Shown one piece after another: positions 36,008-47,072 of a stretch of 64,000 bases of DNA. The position numbers and the translations under genes are program-made. Source of the DNA: Mobula hypostoma (Eukaryota); the NCBI RefSeq assembly GCF_963921235.1, contig NC_086097.1:8618001-8682000 (forward strand), written 5' to 3'. Positions within the stretch are counted from its first letter, which is position 1. Each line of letters starts with the position of its first letter. The notes under the pieces are model-generated. The model made no database searches. It saw nothing but the letters and a program-made list of their open reading frames with translations, and was not told where the DNA came from.

Positions 36008-36936
36008 CAGAATCAGAATCCTTTATTATTGCCAAGTATGTGGACACATACAGGGGGCTTGATACTGATTTCCCTGAGCTCTCGCTGTACAGAATCAAAA
36101 AGCAAACAAAACAATAGTGCAAATAATCGTGAACTATATACAATGAAGTATACCTGTGTATGTACAGGTGGACTTGGTTTATAATAGACTAAAATTCAAG
36201 TGTTCATAAGACTGATGGCATACGGAAAGAAACTGTTCTTGTACCTATTTGTCCTGGCATACAGTGATCTAAAGCGCCTACCAGAAGGAAGGAGTTGGAA
36301 CAGGTGATGTCCAGGGTGTGATGGGTCTACAATGATGCTGCTTGCTTGTTTCCTGACTCTAGATGCATATAAATGCTGGATCGAGGGCAGCTTCACACCA
36401 ATAATCCTTTCCGTAGCCCTGACGGTTCTTTGGAGTCTATTCTTGTCTTGTTTGGTAGCTGATCCAAACCAGACAGTGATGGACGAACAGAGAACAGACT
36501 GGATTATTCCTGAATAGAATTGAATCAGCAGCTCCTGAGGCAGGTTGTACTTCCTGAGTTGACGTAGGAAATACAACCTCTGCTGAGCCTTTTTGATAAG
36601 AGTATCCGCGCTGGGTGTCCACTTCAGATCCTAGGAGATTGTGACACCCAGAAACCTGAAGGTCTCCACAGCAGACACAACACTGTTGAGTATAGTGAGC
36701 GGGGGGAGCACTGGGGGCCTCCTCCTGAAATCCACTGTCATCTCCACAGTCTTGAGCGTATTTAGCTCCAGATTGTTCAGACCACACCAGAGGGCCAGCC
36801 ATTCCACCACCCATCTGTATGCAGACTCATCACCATCTCGGATAAGGCCAATGACAATTGTGTCGTCTGCAAACTTCAGGAGTTTAACAGATGTATCCTG
36901 TGAGGTGCAGTCATTAGTGTCAAGGGAGAAGAGCAG
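36008..36936 (-). mobile_element. 5'-truncated Rex1/Babar LINE inserted in the Tc1 transposase
   Basis: TNDCTS..LLKFADDTIVIGLI, FRFLGVTIS, YFLRQLRK..DPSHPGHHLFQLLPSGRR; (attctg)n tail; TSD tgtaat at 36002-36007 and 36937-36942. Confidence 0.92.
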
Positions 36937-37480
36937 TGTAATTAAGTAATGGCAGTTAACAGGAATGGTGGAGGTCAATTTGAGGTCTGGAAGACCAAGA
37001 AAACTTTCCGAGAGAACTGCTCATAGGATTGCTAGAAAGGCAAATCAAAACCCAATGGACTACCTCAAGAGGTGCAAACTGAAGGTTTTGCCATGGCCCT
37101 CACAGTCTCCCGACCTAAACATCATCTAAAATCTGTGGATAGACCTGAAAAGAGCAGTGCATGCAAGACTGCCAAAGAATTTCACAGAACTAGAAGCCTT
37201 TTGCAAAGAAGAATGGGTGAAAATCCCCCAAACAAGAATTGAAAGACTCTTAGCTGGCTACAGGAAGCGTTTACAAGCTGTGATACTTGCCAAAGGGGGT
37301 GTTACCAAGTACTGCCATGCAGGTTGCCCAAACTTTTGCTTTGGGCTCTTTTCCTTTTTTGTTATTTTGAAACTGTAAAAGATGGAAATTAGAAAGTAAT
37401 CTTGCTTAAAATATTGAAGAAACATACATCAAAGTTGCTGGTGAACGCAGCAGGCCAAGCAGCATCTATAGGAAGAGGCG

Positions 37481-37518
37481 CAGTCGACGTTTCAGGCCGA
37501 GACCCTTCGTCAGGACTA
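37481..37518 (-). ncRNA. Minimal type-I hammerhead ribozyme motif
   Basis: Identical 38-mer, left arm. Confidence 0.8.
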
Positions 37519-37825
37519 ACTGAAGGAAGAGTGAGTAAGGGATTTGAAAGCTGGAGGGAGAGGGGGAGATGCAAAATGATAGGAGAAGACAGGAGGGGGA
37601 GGGATGGAGCCGAGAGCTGGACAGGTGATAGGCAAAAGGGGATACGAGAGGATCATGGGACAGGAGGTCCGGGAAGAAAGACAAGGAGGAGGGGTGACCC
37701 AGAGGATGGGCAAGAGGTCCTGTCCAGCTCTTGGCTCTATCCCTCCCCCTCCTGTCTTCTCCTATCATTTTGCATCTCCCCCTCCCCCTCCAGCTTTCAA
37801 ATCCCTTACTCACTCTTCCTTCAGT

Positions 37826-37863
37826 TAGTCCTGACGAAGGGTCTCGGCCTGAAACGTCGACTG
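37826..37863 (+). ncRNA. Minimal type-I hammerhead ribozyme motif
   Basis: tagtc-ctgacga-agggtctcggcct-gaaac-gtc-gactg, right arm. Confidence 0.8.
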
Positions 37864-38924
37864 CGCCTCTTCCTATAGATGCTGCTTGGCCTGCTGCGTT
37901 CACCAGCAACTTTGATGTATGTTGCTAAAATATTGAAGAAATGTGTCATCTTTAACTTTATGCTTTTTGGAAATCTAGTCATCTTTTACTCGCTTAGCTA
38001 TTCACAGTAACAGAAATTTTGACCAGGTGTGCCCAAACTTTTGCACGCCACTGTATCTGTCTTATTGCAATTTATAGTGATTTTATTATGTATTGCAATG
38101 TACTGCTACAGTGAAACAACAAATTTCATGATTTATACCAGTAATATAAAACTTGATTCTGATTCTGATTCTGAGAATGAAATATGATCAGTGAATATCA
38201 GGTACTTGGTGACCAGCATGAACTCGGTGAGCTGAAGGGACGTTTCTGTGTTTTATATTTCTACAAAAACAAATGATAAAATCCTATAGCTGGTAGGACA
38301 CCTGATTGACTTTCCTCCTTGTGGTGAATCTTGCTGTGGTTTATCTCTTCAAACTAAAATACAAATTGGAATTGAATTGCAAAACCTCTCATGCAATGAT
38401 TCTCAAAGGTGACTATAAGCTGATACATTTCTCATCAAAACATTCTCTTCCCCAGGAGAGCAGAAAGTGGGAAGTTCATTCCAGCAGAGATATTTCAGGT
38501 AATGTATGTGAAACCCCAGCTGCTGATTGTGTCTGGGGCTGAGGTGGGGACTGAATTTGATAGTAGATGAGAACTGGCATTGGGCTTGCCATCAGTCCAT
38601 CTTCTCAGTGCATTGCAACCAGGCCAAATTCATGGTTTACCCTAACTGAAACAAAAGCATTGTTTACTGGTCAGCTGCTTCATGATGAAGCCAATGTTAT
38701 GAGAGGCAAAGTCTATCATAACGCTTCACAATGGTTGAAATTGCAACATTGAAGAGAACAGACTTCATTTCTTGAAGATCTTGATGGAGACAAAGGTAAT
38801 AGAGAGAGAGAGAGATATGTGCAGTACCAACTGGTGGGTTATGAACCCTATGACATAGATGGAAGAGATGCTGTCTCACAGTGGCAGAGACCTGGGTTCA
38901 GTGCTTTCCTTGGTCCTGTTTGAC

Positions 38925-39482
38925 CATAAAACCACAAGACTATAAGACATAGGAACAGAATTAGGGCATTTGTCCCATCAAGTCTATTCTGCCATTCCAT
39001 CAGGGTTGATTTATTACCCCGCTCAACCCCATTCTCTCACCTTCTTCCCATGACCTTTGACACCCTGATTAATCAAGAACCTATCAACCTCCACTTTAAA
39101 TATAGCCAATGACTTGGTCTCCACAGCCATCTGTGGCAGTGAATTCCACAGATTCGTCATCTTCTGGCTAAAGAAATTCCTCCTCATCTCTGTTCTAAAT
39201 GGATGTCCCTCTATTCTGAGGGTGTGCCCTCTAGTCCAAGATTTTCACCACAGGAAACATCCTTTCCACATCCACTCTATCTAGATCTTTCAATATTCAA
39301 TAGGTTTCAGTGAGATCCCACCTAGTTTTTATGAACTTCAGGGAGTACAGGGTAAGAACCATCAAATGTTCCCCCATCATTATTCCTTTCATTCCCAGAA
39401 TCATTCTTTTGAACTTCCTTAAGAGCCTCTCCAGTACTAGCATATCCTTCCTTAGTTAAAGGGCACAAAACTGCTCATAACT
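38925..39482 (-). mobile_element. CR1 3' fragment
   Basis: CR1 tail (cataagac)n and 3' UTR; homologous to 26243-26760 and 52470-53010. Confidence 0.82.
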
Positions 39483-40429
39483 TCAAACAGAATATGAGGG
39501 AAATGTGTTTCTCATTGCTAAGAAGAAGAATAATTCATGTATTTGTATCTATTGTGTTTTTTTTCTTTTTGTGATGCATTGAATCTGTCATTTATGTTAT
39601 GTTGCTCTCCTTTACACTTGTCTACTGGAAATCATGTGAAACAATCTTAAATCTTGAATCTCGAAGAAGTAGGTCTTCAGGTCCCCTCAGACATCTTTGT
39701 CATTTGGCAAATTCATGGCTATTTTATACCTTGTCCATCATGTCACTGATCCCAATATCTCATAGTCTGTGCTTTTTGCATCCAAAGTTCAATGGAAGTC
39801 AACAGAATTACTTCTTCTAAATAAATCACATAACATTTTATAAAACAAAACTTATAGCTTTACATGGTCAATTAAACCAACTCCTGGAAATCTTGAACAG
39901 CAGATAGAAAATGCTAGAGGAAATGAGCAGGTCAGACAGCACTCATCGAAAGGAATAAGTAGTTGATATTTCCAGCCAAGACACTTCATCAGGAAATATC
40001 CCAATTATAGTGGGGCATGGCAGACTTCGCAATTGCTAAAGACATTTATCTACCTTTGCTGTATTTTTTCTGTAACTTGCTCTATATTCTGCATCAACAC
40101 ACACAAAATGTCAACTGTTTACTCTTTCCCATAGATGCTGCCTGGCCTGGTGAGTTCCTCCAACATTTTGGGTGTGTTGCTCTGGATTTCCAGCGTCTGC
40201 AAATTTTCTCCTGTTTTTCTATTTTCTGCCTTCTGTTTTTGTTTGCCTTTTTTTACTCTTTCAATGTGCCAGTGTTCAGAATGATTTGTCTAAGAGACAT
40301 GCAGACAAAAGCTTTTCACCGTATCTCCATGCATGTGACAATATTAAACCAAAACGTTTGCTTCCTCAGCAGTTTTCTGTGGTTATGATTGACCACTTGA
40401 AATGAAGACAAATACAATTTCAGACGACT

Positions 40430-41095
40430 TGTATCATGTAGGAATTTGGAGAAACAAGAAATATACTTTTATTGAATACAATGTGTTAATTTGCACAATG
40501 GTCCTGATACTTTGCAACAGTTCAACTAAGCTAAAAACGTTTTGTTGATGATTTTCATTTGTACTCAGTACCTGAGGCTTCTAGCTTAAGGGTCCAATAA
40601 TCAGCTAGCATTGATGGATTCCAGTTGCTCTGATGCTGTTTATCCATGACTGCAATGTCCTGGTGAAACCTTTCATTATGCTTGTCACTGACAGTACCAA
40701 GACTTGCAGAAAATGCAAATCTTTAGTGATATGTTATACTTCATGTTTTTTTATGCTTGAAACATGTTGTCAACCAGCTGCACATAATTTGGTGCTCTGT
40801 AGTTGCCAAGAAAATTGTTAACAACATCCTTGAACCCCTTCCATGAGATTTCCTCTGGTTCCACTAGAAGTTCTTCAAATTGCCTGTCACTGGTGACCTG
40901 TTTGATTTGTGGACTAACAAAAGTGCCTTACTTAATCTTGCATCAGTTACTCTGACTTGAATTTTGAATTGAAATAACAAAAATAGGTAATTTCAATAAA
41001 AAAGGTGTGTGATCGGGAAATTTCATGACCAGCAGCCCAAAGTCCATAAGATACATACAAAAGTATCCAGGAAGCAAAATCCTTGTTGTCCAGTG
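40430..41095 (-). mobile_element. Internally deleted Chapaev3-like (CMC) DNA transposon remnant
   Basis: Minus strand starts CACTGGACAACAAG at 41095, then PQIKQV..WKGFKDVVNNFLGNYRAPNYVQLVDNM..ISLKI..LGTVSDKHNERFHQDIAVMDKQHQSNWNPSMLADY (consensus SDEHGERFHQDI). 3' boundary not found. Confidence 0.8.
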
Positions 41096-41974
41096 TTAGA
41101 AATTTGTACAAAGGCTTATGAAGAAATCAAGTACTTACCAAGTTCATGCAGTTTTGAATAAAATGTAATCCCATCTTCAATAACTGCCTTTCACGTTGGG
41201 TACAATAGATTTGTAGCAGTTACTTGAAAATAAACCCAAACCACTGGGACGCTGAGTATGACTGTGACGCATTTCCAATTAACTGAGTACGAAGCCCACA
41301 AACGTACGTTCAAGTCTTTATAATGAAGCCAGTAAAGCTGAGCAATCTAAGAGCAATATTAGAAGTAAGTTTAATAATAAAATAAGAATAACCAAGCTAT
41401 CAACAAGAAAATATCATTCCCCAGTGGCCTCTAGCTCTCAATGAAACTGAACTGATAAAGTGTGAGAATGAAACTATACTCATTTCATTTTATCACGCCC
41501 CAATGGACGTGACATATTATTCATAATAAATGCACAACACAAAATGCAGACAGACAGAAAACTAGGCCAGGTTAAATCAGGGTTGCTAGGCAGAGTGGCT
41601 TGAAGGGTGGGAAGGGCCAATTCCACACTGTATTTCAATAAATAAAATATAGATACATGACCCCTATAATATTATTCTGAATTAAAATGAAGATATCTGT
41701 TAAAGTGACATTTTTCAAATGATAAATTAGAAAGAAACAAAAGTTGTGACCAGTGTTTGCTTGCGTATTTAAAATGACGATCTTTGTTCCCCTATGTATC
41801 TTTCATTAATGTCGTGGAAATGACTTGGATTAGAGTTTGCAGAATCTCCAAAGTGTGTAGATAATTAAATGAAGGACAAGAAACAAGGTTGTGAGGAAAG
41901 TCCTACGCTTATATACTATCTCACAGCTCAGAATGGTAAATGCACTGTGAAGGCAATGTGAAGTGTAACCTCCA

Positions 41975-42310
41975 CTGCTTCAATGTCAGAGACAGAGGTA
42001 GAGGGGACAATGCGAGCATATAGAGGTAGGGTGCAGAGGGTTTGCTGGCTGCTTGCTATGCAGAACCCACTCTCTCCTTGGCAAAGAAAAGAGCCATCAG
42101 GACGGTCACAGAGGCTGCTGAACGAGCCTCCAGATGGCTATGGATCAACAGGTGTGACCCATAGACCACTGCTGCTGGGACACAAGCCAGGGTCTGATGA
42201 AGCTGGGTTGGCTGAGTGAGAAGGTTTGATGTTGAAAGACCTGAAACACCTGATAACCCCAGGGTACATCACTGATGATGTGAACCAGTGCATTCTAGGA
42301 TGTACCTCAG
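41975..42310 (+). mobile_element. 3' end of a HERO-like (R2-group, restriction-like endonuclease) non-LTR element
   Basis: gaggtagggtgcagagggtttgctggc (EVGCRGFAG) ..RAIRTVTEAAERASRWLWINRCDP; 3' UTR gatgttgaaagacc.gaaacacc.gataacccc..catcactgatgatgtg. Confidence 0.75.
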
Positions 42311-42547
42311 CATTGTAATGCAAGAAATGAGGCAATTAATGCCAGTGAAATAACTGGCCACATAAACATTCATTTCTTGCAATGATTTTTATGAGGTTGA
42401 AAAATAGCAGCTCAGCTAGCTGGCCACAAAGTCATAAAGAGCAACTGAATTGCACAGCACAGAAATGGGCCTTTGGCTCACTATGACCAACATCCATCCA
42501 TACTAATCCCAGTACAGCACTTGCCTTCTCTGCCTTGGTGATTCAAG

Positions 42548-43118
42548 GACTAGAGGGTACAACCTCGGAATAGGATGACGTTCATTTAAAACGGAGATGA
42601 GGAGGAATTTCTTAAGCCTGAGGTGCTGAATCTATGGAATTCATTGCCATAGGAGGTGTGGAGTCCAGGTCATTGGGTGTATTTAACAGAAAGGTTGGTA
42701 AGTTTTTGATCAGTCAAGATGTGAACGTTTACAGGGAGAAGGCAGGAGAATTGTGTTGAGAGTGAAATGGATCAGTCATGACCAAATGGTGGAGTAGACT
42801 TGATGGACTGCATGGCCTAATTCTCCTCATAAGTCTTATGGTCTTAAATGGTTGTCCAGACTAAGATACTGTATGTGTCTGTCTTTACAGACGTCACTCA
42901 GATTGTGGTGTTAGTGTGGAACATGCTGCCTGCGGAAGTGGTAGACACTGGTTCATTGTTAACGTTTAAGAGAAGTTTGGATAGATGCATGAATTAGAGA
43001 GGTACGGAGGGCTGTGGTCCAGGTGCAGGTAGCTGGAATTAGACATCAATCAATCAGACCAGCACAGACTAAATGGGCCAAAGGGCCAGTTTCCATGCCG
43101 CAGTGCTCTGTGACTCAA
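42548..43118 (+). mobile_element. Two CR1 3' tail fragments
   Basis: 3' UTRs ending ..taagtcttatggtctt and ..gcagtgctctgtgactc. Confidence 0.72.
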
Positions 43119-43727
43119 TAACTGCAAATCAAAGGAGACCTGTGAGACTGTCAAGAATGGTGCAAAATAAAAGATTGCTGGTTGGCAGACACAGGCTTGC
43201 AGCTTTCAAAGGCATGGTGAAGGAGGTAGAGAGGAGGATCATTTGAGATGAACGATGTTTTTGAGCAATGGTACTTGAATGCAGAGTCACTGACCTCGCA
43301 TACTGACTGGTTACATCACAGCCTGGTATGGAAACACCAAAGCCCTTGAACAAAACAGCCCACGAAAATGATGCAGCCCAGTCATTTACTGGTAAAGTCT
43401 TCCCGCCATTTAGCACATACACAAGGAGCACAGTCACAGGAAAGCAACACCCATCATCAAGGACCGCCACGATCCAGGCCAAGCACAACCCATGGACTCA
43501 TTTTCAAGCACTCTTCATCTCATGTTCTTTATATTTATTAATTATTTTGGTTGTTATTTTTTTCTTTTTAATTTGTAGTTTGTTGCCTTTTGCACATTGG
43601 TTGTATTATTGGTTATGTTTTGTGCACTTTTTCCATTGATTTTGTTGTGTCTCTGTGCTTATTGGGTATGCTCGCAAGAAAATGAGTCTCTGAATTGTAT
43701 ATGGTGATGTTGATAATAAATTTGCTT

Positions 43728-44335
43728 TGATTTCCTCCTTGCTGACAATCAACACTGGTGTTCCACGGAGGTGTGTGCTTAGCGCACTACTCTACTCTTT
43801 CTACACCCATGACTGTGTGGCTAGACACAACTCAAATGCCATCTATAAATCTGCTGACATTGTTGACCAAATCTCAGATGGTGACAAGAGGGCGTACAGG
43901 AGCAAGATATACCAGCTAGTTGAGAGGTGTCATATCAGCAACCCTCTACTCAACGTCAGTAAGAACAAAGAACTGAACGTAGCCCTCAGAAAGGGTAACA
44001 CAAGGGAACACAAACCAATCCTCATAGACAGATCAGGGTGGAGAGAGTGAGCAATTTCAATTTCCTGAGTGTCAATATCTCTGAGGACCTACCTTGGTCC
44101 CAACATATCAATGTAGCTATAGAGAAGGCAAGGCAGCCTTCCAATATTTCATTAGGAGTTTGAGGAGATCTGATATGTCGCCTAAAACAATCAAGCTTCT
44201 ACAGCTATACTGTGGAGAGCAATCTGACTGGCTGCATCATCAACTGGTTTGGGTTGGGGGGAGTTACTGCACAGAATCAAAGTAAGCTGCAGAAAGTTGT
44301 AAAATTAGTCAGCTGCATCATGGGTGCTAGCTCAT
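43728..44335 (+). mobile_element. Degenerate Rex1/Babar RT fragment
   Basis: LTINTGVPRRCVLSALLYSFYTHDCVARH..IYK; homologous to 61000-61400 reversed. Confidence 0.82.
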
Positions 44336-44551
44336 TCTGTAATGATCAATAAACCAATTGTTTGGAATCAAATAACCTTGCCTGGTGTCTCAGGGCTGGG
44401 TGTGTCTGCACACGCATCACCCTCAGCCACAGGCATTCCATCTCTGCCGCTCGTCATGCACCCCTCCCACAGCGCTCCACACCCACCTTTCCAAACACCC
44501 TTTGCTCCCGCCAGATTTCAAAACTCACTTTCTGCTTCACCTTGGCAAATA

Positions 44552-46151
44552 CAGTACCATGCAAAAGTCTTAACAACACTGAATAACAGTGGATTTATTT
44601 TGGCTTTTTTGACACTGATCACCAGAAAAAGACTCTTTCATGTCAAAGTGAAAACAGATCTCTGCAAAGTGACCTAAATTAATTACAAATATTACACACA
44701 AAATAATTGATTTCATAACTATTCACTCCCTTTAATATGACATATTAAGTCATCACTGGTGCAGCCAATTGGTTTTAGAAATCACATAATTAGTTAAATG
44801 GAGAACACTGTGTGTAATCAAGATGTTTCAATTATTTGTAGTGAAAATACACCTGTATCTGGAAGGTGCAACTGCTGGTAAGTCAGTATCTTGGCAAAAA
44901 CTACACCATGAAGTCAAAAGAACACTTCAAGCAACTCCATGGACAGGTTATTGAAAAGCACAAGTTAGGAGTTGGATACAAGAAAATTTCCAAGTCACTG
45001 AATATTGCTGGGAATACACTTAACTCAATCATCAAGAAATGGAAAAGAATATGGCACAGCTGTAAATCTCCCTGGAGCAGGCCATCCTCAATACCTGAGT
45101 GGCCATGCAAGAAGAGGACTCGTGAGGGAGACCAGCAAAGGACCTATGACAACTCTGGAGGGGTTACAAGGTTCAGTGGCTGAGATGGGAGAGACTGCGT
45201 ATGCAACAGCTGTTGCCTGGGTGCTTCACCAGTCACAGGTTTATGGGAGAATGGCAAAGAGAAAGACATAGTTGAAAAAAATCTCACAAGGAATCTTGGC
45301 TATAGATTGCTAGAAGGCATGTGGGAGACACTGAAGTCAGCTAAAAGTAAGTTCTATGGTCCAATGCAACCAAAATTGTGCTTTTTTTAGCCATCGAACT
45401 AAACGCTATGTTTGACATAAGCCAAAAACCATACATCATCAAAAACACACCATTCATACTGGGAAGTACGGTGGTGGCTGCATCATGCTGTTGGGAAGCT
45501 TCACTGCATCAGGACCTGTAAGGCTTGCGAAGATAGAGTGTAAAATGAATGCAGCAAAATACAGGGAAATCCTGGAGGAAAATGTGATTCAGTCTGCAAG
45601 AGAACTGAGACTTGGGAGAAGATTTGTTTTCCAGCAAGACAATGTCTCCAAACATAAAGCCAAACATCAACAACAAGGTTAATGTCCTGGAGTGGCCAAG
45701 TCAGAGTCCAGAACCCAATCCAATTGAGAGTTTTTGGCTGGCCTTGTAAAGAGCTGTTCACTCATGATCTCCAAGCAATCTGACAGAGTTTGAGCAGTTT
45801 TGTAAAGAATGGGGAAAAAATTGCAGAGTCTAGATATGCAAAGGTGATAGAGACCTATCCACACAGACTCAAGGCTATAATTGCTGCCAAATATGTATCT
45901 ACTCAAAGGGGGTGAATACTTATGCAATCAGTTATGTTGTGTTTTATATTTATAATAAATTGAGATCACTTTGTAGAGGTCTGTTTTCACTTTGATACAA
46001 AAGAATCTTTTTCTGTTGATCAATATAAAAAAAATTAAATCCATTGTGATTGAATGTTGTAAAACAATAAAAGATGAGAAGTTCCAGAGGTGTGGGGATT
46101 AATACTTTTTATAGGCATTGTATATGTGCCTAAGCCTTTTGCAAAATTCTG
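44552..46151 (+). mobile_element. Degenerate Tc1 transposon (~44575-46120) apparently nested in a tiny Tc1-type MITE
   Basis: MKSKEH..GYKKISKSL..KKWKEYGT; VLWSNATKI; GGGCIML; FQQDNVSKH; LEWPSQSPEPNPIE; right TIR ..tttttataggcattg-TA; outer ends TA-cagtaccatgcaaaagtctta and taagccttttgcaaaattctg-TA. Confidence 0.88.
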
Positions 46152-46189
46152 TAGGTAGGGGTAAGAAACCGATCTGCTGGGAGCATTGG

Positions 46190-46448
46190 GTTAAGTTAAA
46201 AAGCAGAACTAAAAGCATACTCCTACTTAAATTATTGCCAGTTTGCTCATGGCTGGAGGCGAGTGTTAATAGGTTCAAGGTGTCTAATTAATCACTCAAA
46301 GATTGTTGTGAGAGAGGTGGGTTTCAATTTGTTGGACACTCGGTTCAGTACTGGGGAAGAAGAGCTGTTCTTTTGGAATATACTACACTGGAACCAGTCA
46401 TCTAGTTAACTGAACAACAATGGAGGTAAATAGGTCTTTAAACTAAAT
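46190..46448 (+). mobile_element. Highly decayed CR1 ORF1 3' fragment
   Basis: ttaaaaagcagaac..gggtttcaatttgttggacac..tactggggaagaag..ctttaaactaa resembles the ORF1 end at 183-401. Confidence 0.5.
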
Positions 46449-46486
46449 GACAAACACACAACATTTTGCAGAAGCTGGAAATCAGG

Positions 46487-47072
46487 ATCATCATCATCGT
46501 TATATACTGTGGGCAATCATGGTCTTTGACCATAACTGTTTTAGTGAATTCTTCTACTGATGTAGTTTGCCATTGCTTTCTTCTGGACAGTGCCCTTTAC
46601 TAGATAGGAGACCCCAGCCATTATCAATACTTTTCAGAGATTAGCTGCCTGGACTTGTGATATACCCGGGCTGCACATATGACTATCCATCACCTGCTCC
46701 TGTGGTTTCACATGATCCAGATCGGGTGAGTGGGATAGCGGCTAACAACAAACAATAGGTGCAGGAGTAGGCCATTCGGCCCTTCGAGCCAGCACCGCCA
46801 TTCACTGTGATCATGGCTGATCATCCACAATCAGTACCCCGTTCCCGCCTTCTCCCCATATCCCTTGACTCGGCTATCATTAGAGCTCTATCTAACTCTT
46901 TCTTGAAAGAATCCAGAGAATTGGCCTCCACTGCCTTCTCAGGCAGAGCATTCCACAGATCCACAACTGTGGATGTGCTACACATTGTCAAAGATTGACC
47001 TGCAGTCTGTCTGAGGGAAGGAGTGTTTCTTAGACCTCCTTCAGTAGAGGCGTATCTCCACCCTGCCACTCA
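46487..47072 (-). mobile_element. Bipartite RTE-derived element containing a young CR1 tail (~46745-46970)
   Basis: Homology to 15570-15980; the CR1 tail is a reverse match to 30755-30970. Confidence 0.72.

Larger units (their letters stand above)
37423..37925. mobile_element. Inverted (tail-out) Penelope-like insertion with ~205-bp arms, in the right TIR of the Tc1
   Basis: 16-bp TSD taaaatattgaagaaa at 37407-37422 and 37926-37941; arms ~37421-37624 and ~37718-37923 are reverse complements. Confidence 0.93.
35502..38053 (+). mobile_element. Tc1-family IR/DR DNA transposon, internally deleted, with two nested retroelements
   Basis: TA-cagtggtatgcaaaagtttgggcaccc ... gtgcccaaacttttgcacgccactg-TA; ~200-bp TIRs with internal DR; MGSSKQL..YKKIAKRL..SGRPRKLS and WPSQSPDLNII..LEAFCKEEW..AVILAKGGVTKY. 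Confidence 0.95.

Noticed and set aside
37402..37928. Mirror-image ORFs on both strands
   Set aside because: A consequence of the inverted repeat in non-coding pLTR sequence.
39890..40210. Further hammerheads in old Penelope fragments (also ~5250, ~13670, ~47090-47165, ~55710)
   Set aside because: Core boxes are mutated or missing; these are decayed pLTR relics only.
42190..42250. ctgatga...gaaac in the HERO 3' UTR as a hammerhead
   Set aside because: No convincing helices I-III or NUH placement.
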